Source: Okamejei kenojei (Eukaryota). Taken from it: 64,000 nt of DNA. The notes under the pieces are model-generated. The model was given only the letters and a program-made list of their open reading frames with translations, ran no database searches and was not told where the DNA came from. Below are positions 1 to 12,699 of the stretch, piece after piece. The first letter of the stretch is position 1. Each line of letters starts with the position of its first letter. The translations under genes were made by a program, and so were the position numbers. The stretch lies in the NCBI GenBank assembly GCA_035221665.1, contig CM069145.1, positions 25,668,001-25,732,000 on the forward strand, written 5' to 3'.

Positions 1-32
1 AGGCTTTGCAAGTTATGAAAACAGACATTCAC

Positions 33-312
33 CTCAAAATACTATTTTACATTTATATTCCTGCACTAGTAAAACTAAGCATTCAGGTCCAGTTCCAGAT
101 CAGTTTCATTATAAATTCCATCATTTCAATCTGTATCCAGATTATATTCCAAATGCACGTCGGTTTCTGTCACTGATAACACTTTTATGAAATATAGTTT
201 CTTCGTCCTATAAACTACCTCAGGGTGCAAGAAATTCTAATTATCACATGATTGAATCTGCACCCCACTAATGATGTATATTGACACAGAAGATATTTCC
301 AATCAAATACGT
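33..312 (-). CDS. Candidate exon of the unidentified gene (several frameshifts/stops)
   Basis: Minus-strand attcctAG ... GAG|GTgaat. Protein-like fragments VFDWKYLLCQYTSLVG, EVVYRTKKLYFIKVLSVTETDVHLEYNLDTD, NDGIYNETDLELDLN and LVQEYKCKIVF in shifting frames. Confidence 0.3.
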
Positions 313-3155
313 CTAGGAATCCCCCCCCCCCCCCCACCTCCGAAAGTATACATTTACATAAATCCCCCCCCCCGCCGCGCTTCCATTCCTTACTTAAAAA
401 ACAGATCCAACCTAGGCAATCTTTCTTGCGAATTACAATTCAAAAGACTACATAATATGCTCATAAAGACTACATAACATGTTTTCCTCTGTTTCCTCTA
501 AATACAATCACAATTGGTCATAACATAATGAACGAGAAGTGTTATAAAGTTTTTTAAATTTGACCCAACCAGCAAAAGTTATAGCATTAACCTACCATCT
601 CTTCACTCAATAAAGGCAAGTATGACATACGCCTAACTAATCACCTGTGAAATCTAATGGACATCAGTTGTGTTTTACTTCATTAACAAGACAGTTCAGG
701 ACTGGAACATGCCCTTCAGCTCACAATGTCTGTGTGAGTATATCCAACTAAACTAACCTCCCCTGTCTGCATGTGATCCAATGCTTCTACATCTATGTGG
801 GGGTACCCACCCACAAAAACCCTCCTAAGCACCACTTACCTATCTGCTTCCACCCAAGTACACACTAATCTCCAACAAAACCTACCCTGCTATTTCCTAC
901 AAAAACTTTATCCTCCTTTGATCTTAAAGTTCAGATTTAAACTTTTTTCACCCAGGAAAAAGCTTGTATGTATGTCTCATAATTTAATATACAACATCTT
1001 ATCAGAACCACCATTATCCTCCAACCTCTAGAAAAAACTGTAATCATCAATTTACTGCATATTCATAACCTAAAATTTCCTGACTGAATTCCACCTAACC
1101 AAAGAGTTTCTACTGCAGCCTTTCTCTGTAACTATCCCCCCTTTCCCTCATGAATCACCAGTTGGCCTGTTTCTCTGTATTTATCTGCAAACTTTTAATG
1201 ACACCCCGAACACTTAAGTCTAATGCATGAGAATAACAACAAAAGTCAAGTAATGAGCCTTGCAGGACCCACAGGAAATAAACTTCTATTACAGAAGCAC
1301 ATCTTGTTGTTTATTACCCTCTATTATCTGGCGCTTCAGACAATTAAGGGCCCACCTTCCCTCTTTTAATTGTGGAACCCACGAGCTTCAACTACGTTTA
1401 CTCTCCAGTTTTCCATTGAAGATTTTACAAAAACCGTGCTAAAATCCAACTAATAATGAAATACATTGATCCCTCTCATTAACGAGAGAGAAAATGTTAC
1501 TAGGGTAACCAGACATAGCTTCACTACTTAACAAATCAATGCTGACTGTTTTCCTGATTAAATCCAATACCATTCTAAATGAAGATGAACATTATCCCTC
1601 AATTTTCCCCCCCTCCCCAAAGAATTTTTCCATTATCTATCGTCTTTGAGATAGATTGAGGTGGTTTATCTACAGTGAAGGAAAAACAATGCTGGTTGGA
1701 TTTGGGAGCAAACTGGTGATACTTTGATGTCAAAATTATATTGAAAAGTGAGAATGATATTAGGCTGGACTGCATTACATAGGAGGTGGAAAAATCTCAT
1801 GTTATCAACACTTTAAGCTTTAATGAATCTTTAAAATCATTGAAAGGTCTCGACCTGATGAACATCACCCGTTCCTTCTCTCGCCAGAGATGCTGCTTGT
1901 CCAGCTTGAGATACTCCAGCATCTTATGTCTACCTTTGATTTTAACAACCAGCATCCTGCAGTTCTTTCCCTAGCATAGCATCTCATATTCTGCCTAGCT
2001 GGTCGACAACCCAACAGTTATGAACACTGAATTGTCCCCATTCAGGTAAACCTATTCCCTCCCCGTCCCTTTCTCCTTCCTTCTGATCTACTCAGGTCCA
2101 TCGTTTTTTCACTTTCACCCCAGACCCAAATAAAAAACACACAATTTGTCTCCCCCCACCCTCACACACTGATCTGCCCATCACACACACATTCCTGCCA
2201 CTTGTCCCCCTTCCCAACATTGGAACCGCCCGCCCTTCTCTACACGCTTATTTGGTTCATACTTCACCTTTCTCTCCCATCAGATTATTTTATCTGCAGT
2301 CTTTTGCTGTCTCCACCTATCACTTCCCCACTGCAGTTGCTATTTTCCGCCCTTCCCGACCTTCCCTACCCAATCTGATAATTTGCCAGTCAACTCCTCC
2401 TCATTTATTTTCACTGGCCAGCTCTTGCCACACTCCTTCCCCCCCTTTAAACCGGCCAATCTCCACTCTTTTCAGTCCAAATGAAAGGTTCGAACCAAAA
2501 ACATCAACTGCCATTTTTCCCTTCACAGAACACAGCTCGACCCAATGAGACCCTCCAGTAGATTGTTTGTTGTTCTAGAATCCAGCATCAACAGTCTCCA
2601 GAAACCAACTATACAGTGACAACAAACTTGATTACCATGTACATTTTTGGTTATGATATTAGAGGAAAAAATCTGACTACACTGGAGAGGATGTTGAGGA
2701 GATTTAAGTATGTTGCCAGGACTGGAAAATGTTAGCAAAGAAGAAAGATTGGATAAGCTGGGGTTACTTACTTTCAAACAGAAAGTGGCAAAGCAAGAGA
2801 TTTAATTGATTAGTGAAGATTATGAGGGAGTGCTAGGTAGCAATAAATATAAAGACTTTCTTCACTTAGCAGAGGAGCAATAATAGTCGGGGTCATTGAC
2901 TAGAAGTTGACAGAAAGACGAGAAGTAAAGAGGGCATTATTTTCCTACCCAGATCCAGCAAAGCTCTTGAATTGTACTACCAGAAAAAGTTTTAGAGACT
3001 GAAACTTTTGTTGAATTAACAAAGTACTCTGGTGTATCTTGAAGAACAGGTCAATGAGAATTGGACAGCTTTTTAACATAAGTTAATATAATCCGTAAAG
3101 CCTTCTGTGACGTTCAACTAACATGTTACTAAGAGTTCCAAAAGCCCACTACCAC

Positions 3156-3323
3156 CTGCAAAGGAATCCGATTCCTCTCTGCGCCACGTAGCCAGATATC
3201 ATGATCACATGATGAGGGTTTGTTGAGTGATATTATTCCTGAGAAAATCCTTCAACAAAGTCCACTGAAACTGCTCATTTTTCATCCATGTTCGCAGCAT
3301 GTTCAAGATATCTGTCTTATTGC
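3156..3323 (-). CDS. Candidate exon of the unidentified gene (frameshifted)
   Basis: Minus-strand acceptor cccttttacattgttcttttcAG and donor CAG|GTggta. Partial frames NKTDILNMLRTWMKNEQFQWTLLKDFLRNNITQQ and SSCDHDIWLRGAERNRIPLQ, joined only by a frameshift. Confidence 0.4.
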
Positions 3324-4409
3324 CTGAAAAGAACAATGTAAAAGGGAATTGTGCATATCACAAGTCACGACAATGATTTAAAGAAAATTTGTGGTTTTGC
3401 AGGAATAAAAATTTGTCCCAACATCTTCTTGGTTGATAGTCTAAATTAAATACAATCAGGGGCAGTTTAACCAGTGTTTTTATTGCAAAAGATGAACATT
3501 TTTGAAAGCAGTAAACCCGCAATGCTGTGTAAAACATACTTTAGCAAATGCAGAATAATTGGGAGTGGGCCACATTACTCTCTCATCAACTTGCTTCCCA
3601 TTTAACAAGATCAAGGATGGTCTAATTGCATGTACATTAACATCTCATCACACCCCAGTTTTAATATTCTCGGCTTCCCTGTGGTGTAAAAAATGATAGA
3701 CTTTAAGAAATATATTCCACAGTTAGCATCGGTGGCACATTAGGTAGAGTTGGTGCCTTACAGACACCAGAGAACCTCGGTTCCGATAAACACCCTGGAA
3801 ACCCCATGGGTGCGTCCTTTAAAGATTTGCACATTCTCCCTGGACCTGTGTGGGTTTAACTAAAATGTATGGACCTGACAGCGCTTTTTTAGTTACTAGC
3901 TTCCTTTGAACCAAAGATATCTATCTGCTACAGAGAGCTTTGGTGCCATCAGATAACAATGACTAGCTGTTTATACAAAACACTTTTCCTCCCATAAAAA
4001 GTAGAAACAACACAAAATTTCATCATCGAAGTGCAGAGATGATAGATGTGTTGAAAATAAAGTCATGTCAAGTAAACAAGAAAGGCATGAGATACAGGAT
4101 CACAATGATCTTACTGAAAAGGCCAGCACAGACTCTGTTTCCTAAAACAGACTTCTCTAGCTTCAAGTAGCCCTTGCTTTCCTCTCTCTCCATCCCTGCT
4201 CCCTCTTCCCCAGTTTTCCCCACCCAGTCTTATGTCCAGACTACATTAGTATCTCGTACCACCCATTCCCCTGACATCAGTCAGAAGAAGGGCCTTGACC
4301 TGAAATGTCACCCATTCCTTTCTCTCCAAAATGCCTGCTAGCCTTAGATGGAAAAATCAATACTGGGAGGCAGAGCTTTAAAGGCGAAAGGAGCAAACTT
4401 TAAAGAAGA

Positions 4410-6584
4410 CAAGACTAAGTGAGACCCGATGGTCGCAGCATCACATGTGTAGGGCTGGTCCTCAACACAATATTCCAACCTCTCCACAGATTCCCAATAT
4501 TGGCCTGACCAGTGGGGGGCTTTCTGGAGTGGCAAGTATGCGGTTGTGGGCTGAATGGATTAATGGGCAGGCAGCTCATCATTCAAGCTTGTTGTGCTGG
4601 CAGCTCCACTCACACAAGGCTGTGGGCTGCAGGTGACACGCTATTCCTTGGAAATACCATTTACAAGCCATGGTGCCAAGGCCACCAAATTCACGTGCAG
4701 TTTCTTACCATTTCAAGGCAGGGTGCAAGGCACCAAATTCAAGTGCAGTTTCATACCATTTTCTAGCAGGGTCACTAAAGACAGCAACTCCGTGATCTCT
4801 CCTCCTCCATCTTGCAGAGACTGAGCCCATGCCCACACTTCGGGTTTATAGTCTCTCTACCCCCCCCCCCCCCCCACCATAGGGGCATGGCGTGATGACA
4901 GGAGAGAGAATCTCAACATTTTTAAAACACTAATAACTCATTTATTTTTCATCATGGGAACAATTCCTCGGCACTGATGAAACGGAGGGGGACTCCTGAG
5001 TAAGAGGCCAAGAAAAAAAAATCACAGCCGTACGTGGTAGCGTTTTATATCGTCTAAAATCATATAAAGTGCAAACAGGAAGTGGTCAAATTACTTGTTT
5101 AATTTATACAGAAGGCAAAGGCAACTTTAATTAGGTACGGGGCAACTTACTTAGAAAAGGCAACTTTAATTAGGCAGCACTGCTTTAGCATTCCAAACCA
5201 CAAGGCAACACATCTTTAGCATTTCCAAACCAAAGCAACACAGCTTTATCTGCATTTCCAAACCAGGCAACACAGCTTTAGCATTTCCAAACTATACAGA
5301 CTAAGTGGACCATTCCACATCACATGGGGAGGGCTGTGTCCCCCAATGCAATATTCCACCACTCCACCAATCCAATATTCGTGCAGGGGGAGCTTTCTGG
5401 AGCACTATGTATGGGTGTCGTGCGCTGAAGACTGTTCCCAGAGGTCTAGTATGGACATTGTGGGCCGAATGGATTCTTGGGCTGGCGCTCAGTCACTCAA
5501 AGCCTTTGTGTTGGCAGCTCACTCTCGCTGGTGGGCTCGCAGTTGAACATCAACGCTATTCCATTAAAATCCATTTCAAGCAGGGTGCAAGGTGCACCAA
5601 ATTTAAGTGCAGTTTCATACCATTTCAAGGCAGGGTGCTAAAGGCCACTAAAGACAGCTCGTGAACCTCTCCCTCTCCCATCTTAACAGAGACTGAGCTA
5701 CGCCCAAAACTCTGGGTTTTTAATAATTCCATCCCCCCTCCCACGCAGAAGGGGCGTGGCCTTCATGTGTAAATGACACGAGAGAGGAATCTCAACGTTT
5801 TTTAAACACTAATAACTCTTTTATTTTTCATCGATAAGAAAAACATTCCTCTGCACCTATGAGCAGAGTGGGACCTCCGAGTAAGATGGCCAAAAATCAC
5901 AGCCGTACTGTCTGCGTTTCATCTAAAACTATATAAAGCCAAACAGTAAGTGGTCCAAGATTAGACTTTTCATTAATATAGAAGGCAAGGCAGCTCTCAT
6001 TAGGCAAGGCAGCTCTAAGTAGGCCAAGGCAGCTTGCTTTAGCCTTTCAAAAAAAACCAAAGGCAACACAGCATTGCTTTAGCACCTTTCAAACCAAAGG
6101 CAACACCAGCTTGCTTTAGCACTTTCAAAACCAAAGGCAGAACACAGTTTTAGCGCTTTCAAACCAAAACACACTCTTTGCATTTTTCAAACCACATAAG
6201 GGCACTGACAGGTCAGTAAAACCACTCACAGTTTGGTAGACCTGTGTTTCAGTGTTATTCACACTCAGACTGAGATTGCGACCTCTCGTCCCCCATCTTC
6301 AGAGCCTGACTGAGGCACTCAACACTTCTGAGATTTATAGTTTTTCCTCCGATGAGGCGTGGACCTTCAGGAGAGAGAATCTCAACATTGTTTAACCATT
6401 AATAAATCTTATTTTTCTCGATGGGAAAAAAAATTAATCTTGTCCTGCGCCACACACAGAGAAGTGAAGGAGAGGCTGGGCTCTGAGTAAGATGGCCAAA
6501 AATCACAGCCTAAGTGGCAGCGTTTTTTCTAAAATCAATATACAGAACAGGAAGTTGTCAAGGTCAGACTTTTAGTAATATAGA
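4410..6584 (-). mobile_element. Non-autonomous Helitron-like element with internal tandem duplication
   Basis: On the minus strand it begins A|TCtatattactaaa and ends with a degenerate hairpin gacc-atc-gggtc followed by acttagtCTTG|T. It sits between A and T with no TSD; removing it restores a CR1 3' segment (taaagaaga|tatgcagggcaag). Confidence 0.65.
5112..5295 (+). repeat. Minisatellite (aaggcaacacagctttagcatttccaaacc-like units) inside the Helitron
   Basis: Degenerate ~30-bp units; a second array lies at ~5983-6195. Confidence 0.75.
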
Positions 6585-6862
6585 TATGCAGGGCAAGTTT
6601 TTTTTTTTGCAGAGGATGGTGAGTGCCCTGGAACAAAGCAGCAAGGTTGGTGGTTGAAGCAGATACACTGTATGCATTAAAAAGGATTTTTGGATAGACA
6701 TATACATATGCAGCGAATAGAGGGGTATGGGTTATGTGAGGTAGATAATGATGTCGTGCATCATGCTCAGCACAGACATTTGGGCTGAAAGGCCTGTTCT
6801 TGATCTGTATATGTTCTGTATTAAAATGTTAAAGTGAAGAACAAACGGCTGGTGGAACTCGA

Positions 6863-7200
6863 GGGTACACAAAAGGCTGGAGTAAACTCAGCCAGCATCT
6901 AAGGAGCTAAGAGAGATAGGCGACGTTTCGGGTCGAGACCCTTCATCAAGACTGGTCAGGGATCAGGGAAAGGAGAGGTATAGACGTGATAAAGAACAAT
7001 GAATGAAAGAAATGCAAAAAAGGTATCGATGATAAAGGAACAGCCATTGAAAGCTTTTGTAGTTGTAAAATGAGAAGCTAGTGCGATTAGGGTGGGGAGA
7101 GAGATAGAGAGAGAGGGAATGCCAGGGCCCTGAGGCTGGAGGGAGAGGTGGGAAGGGGAGGAGACAGCAAGGGTTAACAGAATTGAGAAAATTCAATGTT
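6863..7200 (-). mobile_element. Penelope-like element 3' fragment with hammerhead-like motif
   Basis: Near-identical to 17944-18290; motif at ~6922-6951 (minus) with one extra base in CTGA. Confidence 0.8.
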
Positions 7201-8479
7201 TCAAAGGCTGGCGAACTCAGTAGTAGGTAGCAACTGTGGAGGGAATTGGACTTACAATGTTTTCAAGTTGGGAGCCTTCTTTCAAGACAAATAGGGGGAG
7301 AAAATTCCAAAGGTATCGAAAATCCTTACTTTTGATCATTAACTGAATACACACACAACAGCATTGTCATTTAAAGTACAGAATTGCCAAGATTTGCAAT
7401 CTTCTTTGTGTAAATCCCCTTCTGGAAAGTTGTCCTAACTTACTCTCTACAATGTCAATCCCTTTCAGAATCTCCATTAGTTCCCCTCAGTTTTTATATT
7501 CTAAATGAGAAAATGGTTTAATTTTCCTCAAATTCTCAGCAACATACACTCGGGTCCCATCCCAAGGTATATGAACTTGTGAAGAACAATGCAGCATTTC
7601 AAAATAAAACATAATCCATCCTGGGTGCAGAGATCAAACTGTTTTTAGAGCTTTTCAGATATGCTCTCAACCAAAAGTCCTACCCAAATCAGCAAAAGTT
7701 ATTTTCCCTCCTTATGCTCCAATCAATAAAGGTTAAATGCCATCACCTTCAGAGTACCAATCAACCTGCTTGTTAAATTATTTTCTCAGAACATTGAACA
7801 GTACAGCACAGGAATGTGCCCTTCGGCCCACAATGTTTGTGCTGAACACGATGCCTAGCTAAACAGATCTCATCTGTCTATACATGATCCAATATACCTA
7901 ATTTGATGAACTTCCACATGCCATAACTAAAAGCCTCATTAAACAGAGGCTTTAACAAACCACTATTGTAATCTGGCAATGGCTTTTCCAGGCCACCACG
8001 GATTCTCTTGTAAACCTAACTTCCCCTGCAACATCACCATTAAACTCCCCCCCCCCCCCCCATCTCAGTCTATAGCAATGCCCTTTAGTGTTGGACATTT
8101 CCAACCCTTCTACGTGTGACCTGTTCCACACTAAGTCCATACTGTGATTGTTTCCCCAGCCAGAGATCACACAACAATGAACCCATCACATCTTTCAGCC
8201 ACCTCATTTGGAACCTAGAATGCAGACTGTCACTAATAACCTTCAGGAGTTAAATATACCCGTTTGGCCTCATACGTGTGAATGACTTTTTAAAAATTGT
8301 GCTCCAAAAAGTAGTGTAGAAAGCCACTCACTGCTCATTACCTTGCCAATGATCCCCAAATAAAATTAAGTATTTATTCTCAGTTACACTTCCCTCGACA
8401 AAAATCTTCTGTTAAAATAAAAATACCCCTGGCAATCATATATTCTAACAACCTATTCCATGGTTGAAGATTCACTTAC

Positions 8480-8516
8480 TTTCCTAATCCTTATACTTTC
8501 TATTTCTCCTCTTGGT
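8480..8516 (-). CDS. Candidate 37-nt exon of the unidentified gene
   Basis: Minus-strand acceptor acgttttAG and donor AAA|GTAAGT. Open frame (x)PRGEIESIRIRK. Confidence 0.35.
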
Positions 8517-8783
8517 CTAAAACGTAATGTTATCTAATCAATTTTGAAGTGTGTAATGTTTTTCCCCAATAACCATGCTGGCAACAAAATTACAGTTGTA
8601 ATGCACATGATTAAGCTAAATGCTGATCATATTTATATGATATATTGACAATGTTGTTAAGCAAAATTTAATTGTGACAAATCCATCATTTTAATGAAAC
8701 GACAAATAAATGTCAGTGTTTATAATTTTCCCCATCTCAGTTATAAAAGCGCTAGACCTCAGTATTCTATGGGATAATTTTAC

Positions 8784-8878
8784 CAGAATGCAAGATTCCT
8801 CATCCATGAACCATCGTAACAGTGCAAGTGGGATAAAAAAAGGGACGTTCAGGTGAAACTTGGCAATTTAAAAGTAAA
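8784..8878 (-). CDS. Candidate exon of the same unidentified gene (contains stop or frameshift)
   Basis: Minus-strand acceptor tactcctccttcAG and donor CTG|GTaaaa. Phase-0 reading FTFKLPSFT*TSLFLSHLHCYDGSWMRNLAF; no frame is fully open. Confidence 0.35.
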
Positions 8879-9034
8879 CTGAAGGAGGAGTATAATATGA
8901 AGGGAGAAAGGAGGGGCTGTGTTTGTTGGGGTATAGGTTAAGAATGACAAAACTGAACGCACATAAACTGTTTTCTAAGTTGTTATACTTCGGTAGTTTT
9001 TGATGACAAAATACAGTAATTACATAGACACGTA

Positions 9035-9525
9035 GGTGCGGGAGAGCCATTCCGTCCCCTCAATCAACAACCACCATTCAATGTGATCATGGCTGATCTT
9101 CCACAATCAGTATCCCTTTCCTGCCTTCTCCGCTAGTCCTAATAGCTCTATCGTAACTCACTTTTGAAAAAATGATCCAATATGGCCTCCGTTGCCTTCT
9201 GAGGTAGAGAATTCCACAAATTCACAACTCTTGTTAAAAAGTTTTTCCCCCTCGCCTCAGTTCTAAATGTGAGCCTTCCCATTTTCTAACTTGTGGAACC
9301 AGGTTCTGGACTCCACCAACATCGAGAACATGTTTTTTTTCCTGCATCTAGCATGTCCAATCCTTAATAATTTTATACGTTTCTATAAGATCCCCTCTCA
9401 TTCTTCTAACTTCCCAGCGAATATAAAGCCCAGTATTGCTTCCATTCTTTCATTATATGACTGTCGCTCCATCCCGGGAATTAATCTTGTGTAACCTACG
9501 CTACATTCCCTCAATAGCAAGAAAG
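9035..9525 (-). mobile_element. CR1 3' fragment (indel-rich)
   Basis: Colinear with 33340-33825. Confidence 0.75.
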
Positions 9526-9771
9526 TATTATTTCTCCTTGTATTGTTTTTGAATGCATTAAAAGATGGTAAACTGATTCAAAGGTTCCGCCTTTGAACGT
9601 ATCATTGACGCTGAAAATGTTAACTCATCTTCCCTCCACAGATTATGTATGCCAAGCTGAAACATTTCCAATAATAGCATTTTTCTTTCAATTTTAGCAG
9701 CAACAGAATGTTTTCTTTTTGTTGTTCATATTGCTTGAATGGTTGCTTTTGACACTCAGAAGTAAACTTAC

Positions 9772-9863
9772 TTTAAGGTGCTTAAAATCATTTTCAACAT
9801 CACTGAAGACAAACTCTGATTTCCAAATACATTGTAAATTCAGTGTATGGAACATTACCCTCA
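9772..9863 (-). CDS. Candidate exon of an unidentified minus-strand gene
   Basis: On the minus strand: ttccttttctgtttctaaaaattctacAG acceptor and AAA|GTAAGT donor. Open frame (x)RVMFHTLNLQCIWKSEFVFSDVENDFKHLK. Confidence 0.5.
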
Positions 9864-10759
9864 CTGTAGAATTTTTAGAAACAGAAAAGGAATATGAAAA
9901 GTATCAATGCAGGAAAATGAAAATTAACTATTTCACATGGGAAGCAAATCATGACAAATGCCCTTTTAAGCGACATTGAAGTCTTAAATGCAATAGGGTA
10001 AAAATTATCATTGTCATCAACCTTGGACCTGTTTGTGTTCCTCACGAATTGGCATTCAGCTCTTTTGTTTTCTGGGAAGTTTAGTACAACACCTAGAAAC
10101 ATGGTGCCAATTTATGACTAAAGCACAAGTGCCAGTTCCTTGCTGATTAAGGGACAGACATATTTCCAAGGGCCAGCACAACATACAAACTTTACACTAA
10201 TCGGTGGAGCAGGCTGAAAAGTAATTCAGAAGTAAGTTTTAAAAATGCAATAAATTGAAATTTAGAGACGTATTGAGAATGAATGGTTTTTTCGAACTAT
10301 TTTCTCCCTCCTGACGTTTCTTCTCCTGGTAGCCTCCAGCATTTTTTTTGTTACTTCAAACTTCCAACACCTGCAGTTTTTTAAAAAATTCTCATCGCAC
10401 TTGTTTAGCTTTCTGAGCATGAAGCTTTTGATGTTTACAAGATATCAACCCCAAATGTATCTTAGAGGTTATAGTGTAACATAATACTGTATACTAATAT
10501 AATATAGCCTACTATTGAGTTCGAACTTGTTCATTATTCGGAAATGGGGGGTGCGAAAACCACTTTCATGGTGTGTAGGATGGAACTGCAGTGGCTGTAG
10601 TTCATACCGAAGGAGTAGACTACAAAATGCTGGAATAATACTCAGTGGGACAGGCAGCATCTCTGGAGAGAATTTGAATTGGTTACGTTTTCCTGATTCC
10701 TACTGGGATGCCCATTTGCTTGAGATAATAGCTGCCCAAAATGGTAGATGAACTTCACA

Positions 10760-11566
10760 CCAACAGGACCGTGACGCACCCCAGAGTCCGCCTCACGTCC
10801 ACCAAACTTGGAGAGAAGCAGCAGACACTAGACTTTGGCAGATCACCGCCGCCCACCCCCGAACCCGAACGTGACCTTTCTCTAAGCAATAAAACCTGCT
10901 TGTAATTGCTAGTGGGCCGCACGGGCGGAGCGTCCCATTGATCCAAGCCGCGCGTCATTCACGGCTGTTCCACCCCGGTCCCAGGCTACGTTTCGGAGAA
11001 CGGTTTTACATTTAAAAGAATTAAAAAAGTTAAATCAAACATCCCAACCATCGGGCCAAACTGGGGACCTACTGCTTGCTTCGAAATAAGTCCTCGACCC
11101 CAATATTGTTGAAGGAAGGGACTGTCCGGGCGGCGTCGTTTTCCCCGGCCGCGCATCCCCCTTGCACTGCAACCGACGGGTAGATAGTTTAAAGGAACTG
11201 GGATCTAACTGTTTCAACCGGCAACTGAAATCCACACATGCAGCCCGTCCACACGGGAAACACCGTTGGCCTAAAGGGCCTCGGACTCGCAGCTGTGTAC
11301 ACATCTCATGGTTAGTTTACTGTCGGGTCCTGACCTTCGCGGCGAAGCAGCTCCTACACGGGGCGACACGACACGACACACGCGCAGCAGCGTCCGGAGT
11401 AATGATGGCAGTACGCGCGGGTGGATGGTGAGGAGCGGGCCGCGGCGTGGGCTGGGTGGGTTGGTGCGGTCATTGTGGGTGGCCGTGCGGAGGTCGTTGT
11501 GAGGGGGGCGTGGCCGGGGGGGGGGGTGTGCGGCGTGTGGGGTGGTCGTCGCGGGCGGCAGGGCGG
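10760..11566. promoter_or_regulatory. CpG island / probable promoter abutting the assembly gap
   Basis: Sharp rise in GC and CpG density (ccgcc, gggcgg, gcgcg) with GC-box-like gggcgg and ggggcgtggc, in AT-rich surroundings and not a recognisable repeat. Lies ~5 kb upstream of the first identified RGS10 exon. Confidence 0.6.
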
Positions 11567-12066
11567 NNNNNNNNNNNNNNNNNNNNNNNNNNNNNNNNNN
11601 NNNNNNNNNNNNNNNNNNNNNNNNNNNNNNNNNNNNNNNNNNNNNNNNNNNNNNNNNNNNNNNNNNNNNNNNNNNNNNNNNNNNNNNNNNNNNNNNNNNN
11701 NNNNNNNNNNNNNNNNNNNNNNNNNNNNNNNNNNNNNNNNNNNNNNNNNNNNNNNNNNNNNNNNNNNNNNNNNNNNNNNNNNNNNNNNNNNNNNNNNNNN
11801 NNNNNNNNNNNNNNNNNNNNNNNNNNNNNNNNNNNNNNNNNNNNNNNNNNNNNNNNNNNNNNNNNNNNNNNNNNNNNNNNNNNNNNNNNNNNNNNNNNNN
11901 NNNNNNNNNNNNNNNNNNNNNNNNNNNNNNNNNNNNNNNNNNNNNNNNNNNNNNNNNNNNNNNNNNNNNNNNNNNNNNNNNNNNNNNNNNNNNNNNNNNN
12001 NNNNNNNNNNNNNNNNNNNNNNNNNNNNNNNNNNNNNNNNNNNNNNNNNNNNNNNNNNNNNNNNNN
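11567..12066. other. Scaffold gap (500 N)
   Basis: Run of exactly 500 N, a fixed-size placeholder; true distance unknown. Confidence 0.99.
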
Positions 12067-12699
12067 CAAAAAAGGCACTATGTAACAAGTTCCCCTTTTA
12101 TTTGCACTGGTCCCTGGAAGGAGTTGCAAAGATTAGGGGGCCTAGTTAAAGTAAATCAATGAGTCACAATGTAATTTCCACTAGGAAATGTTTCAGCAAA
12201 ATAGGTGTTTTTGTTAATGCCAGTCTAAAAAAAACCGGATGAGATTTTGGGACAGTGCTTTGATCCTTGATTTCAACATAGCCAAGATGCAAAAGGAAAA
12301 TGCCAACATGTTTTTGCAGTTTAATAGAAATTAACCAAAAGTGGTGGCCGCAGTACGAACACTTAAATTAATAAAACCGTCTAAATTCTGTCCCACAACA
12401 GTCCTACTTTGAAGTGGCCGTACCATTAGTTTTAGACAATCAGAGGAAGGATCTTTAAGTGTGTTTTGCCGCTCAGGATAGACGGTGGCAGTTTCGGAGT
12501 TGTTTTTTATGGTTATAAAATGGCATCCCTTCCTCTTTTGAGAAATGCTCAGACACTGCGGAGATTGAAATTGCTGCGTCTAGAAATCAAGGGCTATCAA
12601 GCCATATTCTTGGTTGGAAAAAATCTGAAGACCTGAATGTTTTTGCATTGTCCCCTTACTGATCACAGTTTTTGCATTTATGTCAAATTTTCATAGAGA

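Noticed and set aside
5112-6195. ~30-bp repeats resembling a CRISPR array
   Set aside because: Degenerate tandem units with no unique spacers and no cas genes; eukaryotic Helitron-internal minisatellite.
7329-7434. Further minus-strand exon candidate ending in GTAAGG
   Set aside because: Poor acceptor, stops in the frames read, and resemblance to a decayed CR1 3' region.
8849-8851. In-frame TGA in a candidate exon read as selenocysteine
   Set aside because: No redox motif or SECIS evidence, and the surrounding region shows many indel-type disruptions.
11354-12162. Long ORFs of 206-244 aa in the track
   Set aside because: They are artefacts of translating through the 500-N gap.
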